A stretch of 41,441 bases of DNA. Source: a virus. Positions 30,321 through 38,942 of this stretch are shown one piece after another; position 1 is the stretch's first letter, and each line of letters begins with the position of its first letter. The notes beneath the pieces are model-generated. The model had not been told where the DNA came from and ran no database searches. It saw only the letters and a program-made list of their open reading frames with translations. The stretch is from IMG/VR virus record IMGVR_UViG_3300029341_000010, one strand, 5' to 3'. The translations under genes were made by a program, and so were the position numbers.

Positions 30321-30624
30321 ACAACTTTCCGCTGCTGCGGCAGCCGCAAAGGCACTTAAACAGCCCGAAGCGCGGTTTTTTGCATGCAACAACAACGGCA
30401 TCGTTTCCGCTTACTACCCCAACGACCTGTACGCCATCGCATCATTTACCGGCAGCCGCGTTTATGGCACGTCGAAGAAGCGTTACGTATCCCTTAATAC
30501 CCCTTACACAGGGCTGAAAATCGAGGTTCCCATCGTCCGCCCTGTACCGTTGGAGCACACCTGCCCGCCGGAGTGCTACCGCATCCACTTGACAACCCCC
30601 GACCCGAAAGGAGAAGCTATCTGA
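30307..30624 (+). CDS. Hypothetical protein (105 aa)
   Basis: ATG after AGGAGGA, tightly packed between its neighbours. Confidence 0.55.
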   Translation: MNLFEQLSAAAAAAKALKQPEARFFACNNNGIVSAYYPNDLYAIASFTGSRVYGTSKKRYVSLNTPYTGLKIEVPIVRPVPLEHTCPPECYRIHLTTPDPKGEAI

Positions 30625-31331
30625 TGTTCGGCGAAAAGCAGAAAGAACTTTCGTTTAAATCTCGACAAGAAATTCCAGTGACTCAGAGCGCCAAATATAT
30701 TGCCAGCCGAGACAAAGCATTAAAGGCTCTCGAAGAACGAAAATATCTCAAGGAATCCGATTTTTGGATTCTTAAGAACGAAACCAACTACGGAAAGATG
30801 ATGTACGCGGGCTTGATAATAAGCCACAATGCTTGTCTGAAAATCAATGATAATCTTCCCGAAAAAGACAAGTTTAATCCGGATTGCGTTTCCGTTGACA
30901 AAACCGGATACAGAAACTCTCTTGTCTTTACTTATGTCAACAGGGAACAAGGCTTATACGAGGTCGGCGAGGCATCTGCACAAAATTGCAAGAATGCGTA
31001 CCCTTATGCAATGGCATACAAACGTTTGTTTGACCGTGTTGTTTTAAAAATCTGCAAACTTGCGTTTGACGGAATCTATTCCGACAGTGAAGCGGATGAA
31101 TTTAAAGAGCGCTATGAAGAAGAACCCCAGCCGGTCACAGCATCGCCAGAAGTTACCACACAGGTCGTAAAGGACATGGCAACAACTGCGCTGGCAGGAT
31201 ATGCACAGCGAACTGGTAAGGACAAAAAGACAGTCCAAACAGAAGCAAAGACCTTTATTGGCAAGTTGTTTAAGGACTTCACCGATGATGATTGGAGAAG
31301 CGTTGCAAAGGAGTTTGAACACAGAAAATGA
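30624..31331 (+). CDS. Single-strand annealing protein, Rad52/Sak-like
   Basis: ATG after AAAGGAG. The segment YEVGEASAQNCKNAYPYAMAYKRLFDRVVLKICKL...YSDSEADEF resembles Rad52-family phage recombinases, and the gene sits in a recombination/SSB cluster. Confidence 0.6.
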   Translation: MFGEKQKELSFKSRQEIPVTQSAKYIASRDKALKALEERKYLKESDFWILKNETNYGKMMYAGLIISHNACLKINDNLPEKDKFNPDCVSVDKTGYRNSLVFTYVNREQGLYEVGEASAQNCKNAYPYAMAYKRLFDRVVLKICKLAFDGIYSDSEADEFKERYEEEPQPVTASPEVTTQVVKDMATTALAGYAQRTGKDKKTVQTEAKTFIGKLFKDFTDDDWRSVAKEFEHRK

Positions 31332-31879
31332 AGCAACAAATCTACATCAAGCAGGCCGTTGTTATCGGCAACACAATCACGCTGGAATGTTCCCCGGCTG
31401 ATTGCGATAAAGTCCGCGCTGTCATCGACGAAAACAAGCCCCTTGCCGCCGTCATCGGCACGGCCACGCAAAAGCGCAGCCTGTCTGCCAACGCTTATGC
31501 TTGGACGCTCATGAATCATCTTGCCGCCAAAATCAACCGCCCTGTACTGGACATATACCGCGATTTGATACGCGACATCGGCGGCAGCTCTGCTATTATC
31601 ACCATTTTAGCCACCGCCGCTAAGGCGTTTAAGGTAGGCTGGGAAGCAAAAGGCGATGGCTGGCAGGTGCATAAGTTGGACGAAATGGCAACCCCGCAGG
31701 GCGCGTTCTACACCCTGCAATGCTGGTACGGTTCCAGCGTGTTTGATACATCCCAGATGCACCGCCTGATTGAGCTGATCGTGCAGGAATGCCAGCAGCA
31801 AGGCATCCCCACCATGACCCCGGAAGAAATCGCAAAACTGAAAGGACTGACAGACGATGCGCCGACCGACACGCAATGA
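31328..31879 (+). CDS. NinB/Orf-like recombination mediator
   Basis: The motifs KRSLSANAYAWTLMNHLA and GSSVFDTSQMHRLIELIVQECQQQGIP parallel the RSLxQN...STSxMxxxEFxxLIE pattern of lambda NinB. Confidence 0.55.
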   Translation: MKQQIYIKQAVVIGNTITLECSPADCDKVRAVIDENKPLAAVIGTATQKRSLSANAYAWTLMNHLAAKINRPVLDIYRDLIRDIGGSSAIITILATAAKAFKVGWEAKGDGWQVHKLDEMATPQGAFYTLQCWYGSSVFDTSQMHRLIELIVQECQQQGIPTMTPEEIAKLKGLTDDAPTDTQ

Positions 31880-32198
31880 ATACGGTATAAAGCTGGACAA
31901 GAACGGCTATGCGCCAACGCTTTTCCCTTGCGAGGATGACATCTGTTACCGCTGTCGCAGTACGGGTCTGACAGTCCGGCACGAGATTTACGGCGGGGCT
32001 TTGCGCAGCAAGTCCAAACAATTCGGTCTTTGGATCAACGTCTGCCCGCAATGCCACGCCGCTATTCACAAAAGCGGCGAAAAACAAGATTACTATCACA
32101 GATTGGGGCAGTATCGGGCAATGGCCTACTACCACTGGACGGTGTCTGACTTTCGCCGCCGCTTTTATAAAAACTATCTCGATATTACGGAGGACTAA
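31857..32198 (+). CDS. HNH-like Zn-binding protein (putative nuclease)
   Basis: CYRC...RHEIYGGALRSKSKQFGLWINVCPQCHAAIH gives a CxxC...H...CxxCH arrangement. The product is 113 aa. Confidence 0.5.
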   Translation: MRRPTRNEYGIKLDKNGYAPTLFPCEDDICYRCRSTGLTVRHEIYGGALRSKSKQFGLWINVCPQCHAAIHKSGEKQDYYHRLGQYRAMAYYHWTVSDFRRRFYKNYLDITED

Positions 32199-32201
32199 TC
32201 T

Positions 32202-32852
32202 ATGAAAGACCCATCTTGGGAAGAGGCTGAGCTTACAAACCTAAAGAAGTATTATAGCTCGTACACAAATGAAGAACTTGTCAAGATGTTCCCGAACCGC
32301 ACTCTCCTTGGCATTTGCAAAAAAGCCAGAAAAATAGGTTTAAAACGTTCTGCACATTCCATTAGCGCCAATCGTTCTGCTGGTCAACGTAAAAGGAATT
32401 TTAACCACGCCCCGAGATATACAGCAAAAGGCTACAAGATTATTTATGCCCCGGATTTTCACCGCGCTGACAAAAATGGGATGGTACTCGAACACATTTA
32501 TATCTTTGAAAAGGAAACCGGGGTTGAAATTCCAAAAGGCTATTGCATCCATCACATTAATGGCAAAAAGGACGATAACCGAATCGAGAATTTGTGTATG
32601 CTGTCTACGTCTGCGCACACAATTCTTCACAACTCCGGTAAAAAATTCTCTGACGAAAGAAAAAGTAAGATTTCAAAGGCTGCTAAAGAGCGTTTGAAAA
32701 CAAGGTTAAATCACCCGCGTTACAAAAGCGTTGATTTATCAGAGATTGACAATCTTATAAAATATGGAGTTACCGTAACTGAGGCCTGCAAAATGGCCGG
32801 CATCGATAAAACCACATATTATCACAAAAAGAAGGTAGAAAGTTATGCTTAA
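32202..32852 (+). CDS. Free-standing HNH homing-type endonuclease
   Basis: The HNH core is CIHHINGKKDDNRIENLCMLSTSAHTILH, with a C-terminal HTH-like tail. The gene is visibly A+T-rich and sits between the recombination genes and ssb. Confidence 0.85.
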   Translation: MKDPSWEEAELTNLKKYYSSYTNEELVKMFPNRTLLGICKKARKIGLKRSAHSISANRSAGQRKRNFNHAPRYTAKGYKIIYAPDFHRADKNGMVLEHIYIFEKETGVEIPKGYCIHHINGKKDDNRIENLCMLSTSAHTILHNSGKKFSDERKSKISKAAKERLKTRLNHPRYKSVDLSEIDNLIKYGVTVTEACKMAGIDKTTYYHKKKVESYA

Positions 32853-33288
32853 TGTTGTTGCTATTATCGGAAGACTCGCTGCATCGCCGGAACTCAAAAC
32901 CACGAACAGCGGTAAATCCGTCTGCTCTTTCCGCATCGCCAACGATTCCGGCTATAAGGATGCCAGCGGCCAGAGCCAGACAAACTGGCTGGACGTTACT
33001 GCCTGGGGCAAAACCGCAGAGTTTGTCTGCAAATACTTCCCCAAAGGTGCGCTGATCGCCATTGATGGCCGCTTGCAGACCCGCCAGTATCAGGACAAGA
33101 ACGGCCAGAACCGCACAGCGACCGAAATCGTGGCCCAGAACGTGAATTTCTGTGGAAGTAAGGAAAGTACCAGCCCCGCCCCGCAGAACGCCGCACAGCG
33201 CCCCGCAGCCCCCTCACAGCGCACGCAGGGCGAACCAGATGCAGACTACGCCCCGATTGACGATGACGAGGGCGACCTTCCCTTTTAA
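32845..33288 (+). CDS. ssb: Single-stranded DNA-binding protein
   Basis: OB-fold N-terminus MLNVVAIIGRLAASPELKTT...WLDVTAWGKTAE, a Gly/Pro/Gln-rich linker, and the acidic tip DDDEGDLPF. Confidence 0.95.
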   Translation: MLNVVAIIGRLAASPELKTTNSGKSVCSFRIANDSGYKDASGQSQTNWLDVTAWGKTAEFVCKYFPKGALIAIDGRLQTRQYQDKNGQNRTATEIVAQNVNFCGSKESTSPAPQNAAQRPAAPSQRTQGEPDADYAPIDDDEGDLPF

Positions 33289-33316
33289 TTTTTGAAAGAA
33301 AGACAGGTGATGCACC

Positions 33317-33526
33317 GTGACACAATGTGATAGAATCCTTCGCCACTTAGAGAGCGGCGGCAGCTTGACCGCTGCACAGGCCATGCAGGAGTACGGCATC
33401 TACCGCCTTGCTTCCCGCATCAATGATCTGAAAAAGCGCGGCGTACCCATCCAAAAGCGAACGGTAAGAAGCAAGAACCGCTACGGCGAAAAAGTCAGCT
33501 ATGCCGAGTATTACATGGAGTGTTGA
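33317..33526 (+). CDS. Small winged-helix / HTH protein
   Basis: GTG start after AGGTGA. The product contains ILRHLESGGSLTAAQAMQEYGIYRLASRINDLKKRGVPI. Confidence 0.6.
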   Translation: MTQCDRILRHLESGGSLTAAQAMQEYGIYRLASRINDLKKRGVPIQKRTVRSKNRYGEKVSYAEYYMEC

Positions 33527-33529
33527 AAA

Positions 33530-34315
33530 ATGGCAAACGAGGGTTACATAAAGCTGTACCGCCGCATGATGAAGTGGGGCTGGTATACCGATACCCCCAC
33601 AAAATGCGTGTTTCTGCACCTTCTGTTTCTGGCTTGCTATGAGCCGTGCTATTTCAAAGGCGTTCACCTGGAACCCGGTCAAGCCGTTTCCTCTATCCGC
33701 CAAATTGCCACCGACACCGGATTAACAGTCAAACAAGTTCGGACTGCAATAAACCACCTAAAAGAGACACAGGAAGTGGCACAGTCACCGTGTGGAAAAT
33801 TTAGCGTATTCACGGTAAATAACTACAACGACTATCAATGCACGGGCACAGACGAGGGCAAACAGATGGCACAGAGAGGGCACAGTGAGGGCACAGACCC
33901 TAATATAAAGAAGAATAAAGAAGTTAAGAATACCCCCTATACCCCCCAAGGGGATGACGCGGATTCCCCTGCTTTCACCAAGTTCTGGGCAGCTTACCCA
34001 AAGAAGGTCGGCAAGGCAGATGCCCGTAAAAAATTTGAAAAGCTTGTGCCGGATGAATCAACCCTGTCCGCCATCCTGTCCAGCCTTGAGTACCTCAAGA
34101 CCACTGACCAGTGGCAGCGTGAGAATGGCAAGTACATTCCATACCCGTCTACATGGTTGAATCAAAAGCGCTGGCAGGATGAAGCATCCAAGCCGCCTAC
34201 TACTGTCCGCTCTACTGATAACCTGCGGCCTGTGTTTGACCGTGAGTACACGTTTGAAGAACGGATGAATGGAGTTGTCCCGAAAATCGTGGGATGGGAG
34301 GAGGCGAAAGCATGA
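33530..34315 (+). CDS. Replication initiator / replisome organizer
   Basis: The N-terminal winged-helix region is GYIKLYRRMMKWGWY...GQAVSSIRQIATDTGLTVKQVRTAINHLKE. The C-terminus carries the FWAAYPKKVGKADARKKFEKL motif. The gene lies directly upstream of the helicase. Confidence 0.7.
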   Translation: MANEGYIKLYRRMMKWGWYTDTPTKCVFLHLLFLACYEPCYFKGVHLEPGQAVSSIRQIATDTGLTVKQVRTAINHLKETQEVAQSPCGKFSVFTVNNYNDYQCTGTDEGKQMAQRGHSEGTDPNIKKNKEVKNTPYTPQGDDADSPAFTKFWAAYPKKVGKADARKKFEKLVPDESTLSAILSSLEYLKTTDQWQRENGKYIPYPSTWLNQKRWQDEASKPPTTVRSTDNLRPVFDREYTFEERMNGVVPKIVGWEEAKA

Positions 34316-35568
34316 ATACCATCGTAGCGGAAAAAGCTGTTATCGGCATTATGCTTATGAAACCGGAATTGCAGGACGATGCTTTTTCTTCCCTGACCTA
34401 CAAAATGTTTGAGCTGAAAGCGCTCGGGAATATCTTTCTGCTTTGCAAGGATATGGCCGATAAAGGCCAGAGGGCTGATACGGTATCGGTTATTTCCAAA
34501 TGCGATGACGACACAAAAGTGCTCGCCATGCAGTGCTTTGAAACGGTTCCATCCATATCCGGCTACAACACCTATATCAACTGCGTTATGGACGGATGGA
34601 GAAAGCGTGAGTTGACAGCGGCATTAACAAAGCTGCTGACCGATGATGGTGATGCCGATGAAATGAGCGCTGCGCTGTTCCACATTGCGGAGCGCCAGCA
34701 GTACATCATGGCCCACCAGAAGGAGCGCAGCGCAAAAGATTTTGCCGATGGCATTGATGCGTTCCTCTCCTGGATGAAAAAACCAAGCGACAGTATCCAG
34801 ACCGGGTTTGGCAGCCTGGACACCATGACTGGCGGGCTTGCCCGCAATGGCGTTACCGTAATTGCTGCCCGCCCTGGCAAGGGCAAATCTACGCTGGCTT
34901 TGCAGATGGCCTGCCAGATCTCCCAAAACGCGCTGACGCTGTATCAATCCATGGAGATGAGCCGCGAACAGCTTTATACCGCCATCTTCTCACGCTGGGC
35001 ACAGATAGACAGCACCCGCATCACAAACCATCGCCTGACGCCGGAGGAAGAATCCGCCATCCGGGAGGCAGCAGATCACCTGAAAAGCAAGTACCGCCTG
35101 ATTCTTGATGATTCCAGCCTGACAAGCCTTGCCGATGTAGAAACCACGATCAAAGAGCGCAAGCCGGAAGTAGTCGTTATTGACCATCTGGGCCTTGTTG
35201 CACCGCCAAACGCTAAAGAAAAGCGTAACGACGAGCTGGCAGCCCTCACACGTGGTTTAAAGCAGCTTGCCATGAAATATCATATCTGCATTATCGAGCT
35301 CGTACAGGCCGCGAGAGCCGCCGATACGGGCATGATTAAAATGTCGGACATGTTCGGCTCCGCGACTATCGAGCATGATGCAGATATGATAATCGCTATC
35401 AACCCCGGCATGTACACTAAAGACCGGGAAACGCAAGAAATCAACCCGCCCACCGATGGGGACACCGTGATAGAGGTAGTAAAAAACCGGCACGGTGCCT
35501 GCGGCCAACTGGATTTTGTGTGGGTAAAACCATTTCATCTATTTTGTGAGGTATCAAAACATGAGTGA
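34312..35568 (+). CDS. DnaB-type replicative helicase
   Basis: ATGA overlap after GGAGGAGG. The N-terminus is AEKAVIGIML, the Walker A motif is AARPGKGKSTLAL, and the Walker B-type segment is VVVIDHLGL. Confidence 0.9.
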   Translation: MNTIVAEKAVIGIMLMKPELQDDAFSSLTYKMFELKALGNIFLLCKDMADKGQRADTVSVISKCDDDTKVLAMQCFETVPSISGYNTYINCVMDGWRKRELTAALTKLLTDDGDADEMSAALFHIAERQQYIMAHQKERSAKDFADGIDAFLSWMKKPSDSIQTGFGSLDTMTGGLARNGVTVIAARPGKGKSTLALQMACQISQNALTLYQSMEMSREQLYTAIFSRWAQIDSTRITNHRLTPEEESAIREAADHLKSKYRLILDDSSLTSLADVETTIKERKPEVVVIDHLGLVAPPNAKEKRNDELAALTRGLKQLAMKYHICIIELVQAARAADTGMIKMSDMFGSATIEHDADMIIAINPGMYTKDRETQEINPPTDGDTVIEVVKNRHGACGQLDFVWVKPFHLFCEVSKHE

Positions 35569-35746
35569 TAAAGAATTTAAGCAGAAAATGGCAGCAATCG
35601 GCCTTTCCAACGCGGAAAACCTTATGAATAAGGCTGATGAAATCGGAGAGAACATTAAACCGCAAATCAAAAAAATGCAAGAATATTACACCTTGGCGAT
35701 GCAACTGATTAAAGCTGCGGGGAGCCTGCTGGATGAAACGCATTGA
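35561..35746 (+). CDS. Hypothetical small helical protein
   Basis: The in-frame ATG MSDKEFKQKM... was chosen as the start; the call rests on tight packing with neighbours. Confidence 0.45.
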   Translation: MSDKEFKQKMAAIGLSNAENLMNKADEIGENIKPQIKKMQEYYTLAMQLIKAAGSLLDETH

Positions 35747-35921
35747 AATCATCACATACTCTCGCTCTACCGGTGACATCCGCCACTCTCACCAGACCTA
35801 CACCACCACCGGCGCTGCCGAAAAGGAACTGAAAAAGGCGGGCTTTACCCAAAATCCCCGCCTGCCGGACATCTGGTACAGCGAGAAGTACTATGCGAAA
35901 GTAAAGGAGATTGTACCGTGA
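35733..35921 (+). CDS. Hypothetical small protein (62 aa)
   Basis: An ORF that overlaps both neighbouring genes in operon-like fashion. Confidence 0.5.
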   Translation: MKRIEIITYSRSTGDIRHSHQTYTTTGAAEKELKKAGFTQNPRLPDIWYSEKYYAKVKEIVP

Positions 35922-36316
35922 TACAAAAATACATAATCTCCCTGCCCCCTATTACCAAGAAGAACTCCCAGCAGATACTTACCAACCACCGCACCGGCAA
36001 GCCGTTCATCGCCCCCAGCAGGCAGTACAAGAAGTACGAACAGGCCGCTATGTGGTATCTCACACCAAAGCCGAAGGCCCCGCTGGCAGGCCGATATCGC
36101 GTCGCCACAGTATTCTATATGCCGACCCGCCGCAAAGTAGATCTCACGAACTTAATGGAAGCTGCCCATGACACCATTGTCGCCGCCAAAATTCTTGCAG
36201 ACGATAACAACACCATTATCGCCAGCGTGGACGGCTCCCGCGTACTGTACGACAAAGCCAATCCCCGCACAGAAATTTTTATCGAGGAGATGCCGGACGA
36301 TGAACAGCCCCTGTAA
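35918..36316 (+). CDS. rusA: RusA-type Holliday junction resolvase
   Basis: PPITKKNSQQI...FYMPTRRKVDLTNLMEAAHDTIVAAKILADDN fits the RusA pattern. The start is GTG in a GTGA overlap. Confidence 0.8.
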   Translation: MIQKYIISLPPITKKNSQQILTNHRTGKPFIAPSRQYKKYEQAAMWYLTPKPKAPLAGRYRVATVFYMPTRRKVDLTNLMEAAHDTIVAAKILADDNNTIIASVDGSRVLYDKANPRTEIFIEEMPDDEQPL

Positions 36317-36506
36317 AGACTGCCCAGACCGCCATGCGCACTGCCACAGCGCTTGCAATCGCTACGGCGAGTATGCGGCCATGTTTGAAAAAATCCGCGC
36401 ACAGCGGCTTGCAGATGCCGCAGCAGACGCAGCAGATGCAGAGCGCGGAATTAAGATCCGCCGCGATGTCAGAAAATATGGATTATACAAAACAGGAAAG
36501 AGTTGA
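36300..36506 (+). CDS. Small Cys/His-rich protein (68 aa)
   Basis: The internal ATG of track ORF 36168-36506. The product begins MNSPCKDCPDRHAHCHSACNRYGEY. Confidence 0.55.
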   Translation: MNSPCKDCPDRHAHCHSACNRYGEYAAMFEKIRAQRLADAAADAADAERGIKIRRDVRKYGLYKTGKS

Positions 36507-36841
36507 AAGACGTGAAAGCCAGACTACACCCTACCCCGGCATTGCAGAAAGCCGTTGACGAATATGCCGAAGAAAAAATCAAGGACATTCAATCCCGCGC
36601 CCATGAAGCGGTAATGAAAGAGCGCAACGACATTGCCACGCGGGCGACATATCTATGCCTGCTGGCCTGCTATCAGGCCGGCCTGTCGCCCAGGACCTTA
36701 GTCAGAATCCAGAATTACATGACCGGCCCGGTGGCCGACAAATACAATGAGTACCGCAACGACCAGCTTGCAGACCTCTGGGCACAGGTAACACTACAGG
36801 GCATCGGCATTGATGCCAAAAAGACGGAGGAGCCGTTATGA
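36503..36841 (+). CDS. Hypothetical protein (112 aa)
   Basis: TTG start after AGGAAAG, overlapping the upstream stop. Confidence 0.5.
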   Translation: MKDVKARLHPTPALQKAVDEYAEEKIKDIQSRAHEAVMKERNDIATRATYLCLLACYQAGLSPRTLVRIQNYMTGPVADKYNEYRNDQLADLWAQVTLQGIGIDAKKTEEPL

Positions 36842-37185
36842 AACGATTTCAGATTATTTATACGATAGACGATGACCAAATGAAAATTGAAACATACGTT
36901 GATGGATTTTCTACCCTTGAAATGCTCGCCGCATTGGACATTAAGCGCGAGGACATTATGAATCAGTGCATTCATTTTGCGGAGTTTAAACGCACGCGGA
37001 AATTTCCAGACGGGACAGAAATGGAAGTCACAAAAAAGAAAAAGCAAGGCAAAAGGCAAAGCAGAACTACGAGAAAAAGAAAGCGCAGCCTGGGCGTATC
37101 TGCTGGCCGCGAAGCAACGCAACAGCGAGAAGAAGATATCAACATGGAGCATACACACGGAGGTGAAGATAATGCGACTGATTGA
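36838..37185 (+). CDS. Hypothetical protein with a Lys/Arg-rich tail (C-terminal frame uncertain)
   Basis: ATGA overlap with the upstream stop. An A-rich tract from about 37030 leaves all three forward frames open. Confidence 0.5.
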   Translation: MKRFQIIYTIDDDQMKIETYVDGFSTLEMLAALDIKREDIMNQCIHFAEFKRTRKFPDGTEMEVTKKKKQGKRQSRTTRKRKRSLGVSAGREATQQREEDINMEHTHGGEDNATD

Positions 37186-37486
37186 TGCTGAAAAATTTGA
37201 AGTATTCGATGCAACGTGCCAAATCACCAAAGGGATTCGATCAGGCAAAACAGCTGCTTATTTCTACGGCGAGGGTTGTAGAAAAGTGCTTGAAGCTATT
37301 GACGCCGCGCCAACCATCGACCCAGAATCCCTGCGGCCTACGGCGCATTGGATAAAACGAGGATATGTTTGCGGAGAAAACGAGTACGAATGTTCCGCCT
37401 GCCATGAGACAGAATGGCGCACTAGCGAAAAGAGAATGAAGTATTGTATGTTTTGCGGTGCAAGGATGGTGAACGAAAATGACTAA
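37172..37486 (+). CDS. Hypothetical protein with a C-terminal Zn ribbon
   Basis: ATG after GGAGGTGA. The product begins MRLIDAEKF and contains CSACHETEW...CMFCG. Confidence 0.6.
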   Translation: MRLIDAEKFEVFDATCQITKGIRSGKTAAYFYGEGCRKVLEAIDAAPTIDPESLRPTAHWIKRGYVCGENEYECSACHETEWRTSEKRMKYCMFCGARMVNEND

Positions 37487-37880
37487 CAAAGCATACGAAC
37501 GAGCCTTTAACATCGCCATAAAATACGGATTTTGCAGTGATTGCGTGCAGGATCTCGACAAGGGTCACTGCCACGAATACGATTGCTACCAGAACGCCGT
37601 AAAAGTGATCCGCGATGCGTTAGAAAAACTGGACGCTATCGAGGATTCTAAAGCGATCGTTTGGCACGATGCACAGAATGACCCGCCCAAAGAAAACGGA
37701 GAATACCTGTGTTACTACGAATACTTCCGTTATGGCAACTACTACTGCATGTACCGTACAATTGATCGTGGACATTTTTTCAATGGTCAATGGGGCGGTG
37801 AGCCTACGCGTGGAACTAGCACAAAAGTCCTCAAATGGACAGAACTGCCGCTCCCCGAATCCCCGGAGGTGACCCCATGA
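37479..37880 (+). CDS. Hypothetical protein (DUF551-like C-terminal region)
   Basis: WHDAQNDPPKENGEYLCYY...KVLKWTELP resembles the W...PP...G motif of small phage proteins of that type. Confidence 0.5.
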   Translation: MTNKAYERAFNIAIKYGFCSDCVQDLDKGHCHEYDCYQNAVKVIRDALEKLDAIEDSKAIVWHDAQNDPPKENGEYLCYYEYFRYGNYYCMYRTIDRGHFFNGQWGGEPTRGTSTKVLKWTELPLPESPEVTP

Positions 37881-38065
37881 CAAAACAGCAACTAGTTGAT
37901 GAATACGCCCGCGAGCATCTTTGCGCGACATGCGAGTGGAAGAATGGCAATATTTGCACGTTGCCGCGCTGCATGAAAGTGGAAGAAAGGAGATACAATG
38001 ACCCGAGAAGAATTCAACCAAAAGAAAACGTGGCTATGGAGATACCAACGCAGCAGGAATTATGA
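37877..38065 (+). CDS. Small Cys-containing protein (62 aa)
   Basis: ATGA overlap after GGAGGTG. It overlaps the next gene by 68 nt, so its 3' end is questionable. Confidence 0.4.
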   Translation: MTKQQLVDEYAREHLCATCEWKNGNICTLPRCMKVEERRYNDPRRIQPKENVAMEIPTQQEL

Positions 38066-38429
38066 ACGGCAGCTGCGCCAGCAGATACAGAGCGAACGTG
38101 AACGGGCAACAGCGACCACGAAAGCATTGTCCCCCGTTGTGGTATCTGCTGGCGGTAAAAATAAAATCGAGGATGCTGTTTGCAGAATCATGGAGCGTCA
38201 AGAAGCTCTATACAAGCAGATTATTGACACTGAGATGCAAAGGGAAGAAATCGAAACAGCAATAAACTCTGTTCAAGACCAAATGCAGCGGGACGTTCTG
38301 CGGGAGCGGTATATTGTCGGAACCCCGTATTGGTGGAAAATTGCGATAAATCTAAATATTTCCGAGCGATGGGCAAAGAAATTACACCGCGCTGCAATTG
38401 AAAATCTGTGCACTCCAGTTCACTTTTAA
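37998..38429 (+). CDS. Sigma-70 region-4-like late transcription activator (ArpU/RinA-position)
   Basis: ATG after GAAAGGAG. The C-terminus is RDVLRERYIVGTPYWWKIAINLNISERWAKKLHRAAIENL. It is the last early gene before the packaging module. Confidence 0.7.
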   Translation: MTREEFNQKKTWLWRYQRSRNYERQLRQQIQSERERATATTKALSPVVVSAGGKNKIEDAVCRIMERQEALYKQIIDTEMQREEIETAINSVQDQMQRDVLRERYIVGTPYWWKIAINLNISERWAKKLHRAAIENLCTPVHF

Positions 38430-38780
38430 CCTGCTATTATAGATATGCTGGATGATGTAGGAACGGGACAGCCTACTGCATTGCTAAAACCTCTTTTCTT
38501 TATTGTTCCAATTCTCCTATTCTCATAGCTGGCAGCCGGGAAAGACCGGCATTTTATATGCTACATAGCCGATTCTATTTGTAAAGAATAAGGGCACCGC
38601 GTTCCGAAGCAACGGCGCGGCAAAGGTGCAAGACCTGTGTGTAGTACCAACGCCGATGACTCTGGCTATATACCCGGCAGGTACGCTTGACCGGGGTTAC
38701 CCGTCAGGTACGCTTGCCGGGGTAGCCAGATAGGCAACCCCCGCAAGCCTACTGACAGTGCGTAACATGCGGGGCCTTGT

Positions 38781-38854
38781 GCGGGCGTAGTTCAATGCAG
38801 AACGGCGGTCTCCAAAACCGCAAGATGAGGGGTCAAGACCTTCCACCCGTGCCA
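38781..38854 (+). tRNA. tRNA-Trp (anticodon CCA), CCA end encoded
   Basis: A manual cloverleaf fold. The acceptor stem is GCGGGCG/CACCCGT (1 mismatch, 1 G-U pair) and the D-stem is GTTC/GAAC. The anticodon stem GCGGT/ACCGC carries the loop CTCCAAA, and the T-arm is GAGGG-GTCAAGA-CCTTC. The total is 74 nt. The D-loop and T54 are atypical. Confidence 0.6.
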
Positions 38855-38942
38855 GACGGCAGGGTCGCAACCTGTCTGTGTGAGAGTGTGCGGTATACCT
38901 CACAAATGATGACAATGGTCGTGCAAACGGCAAGCCGCACAT

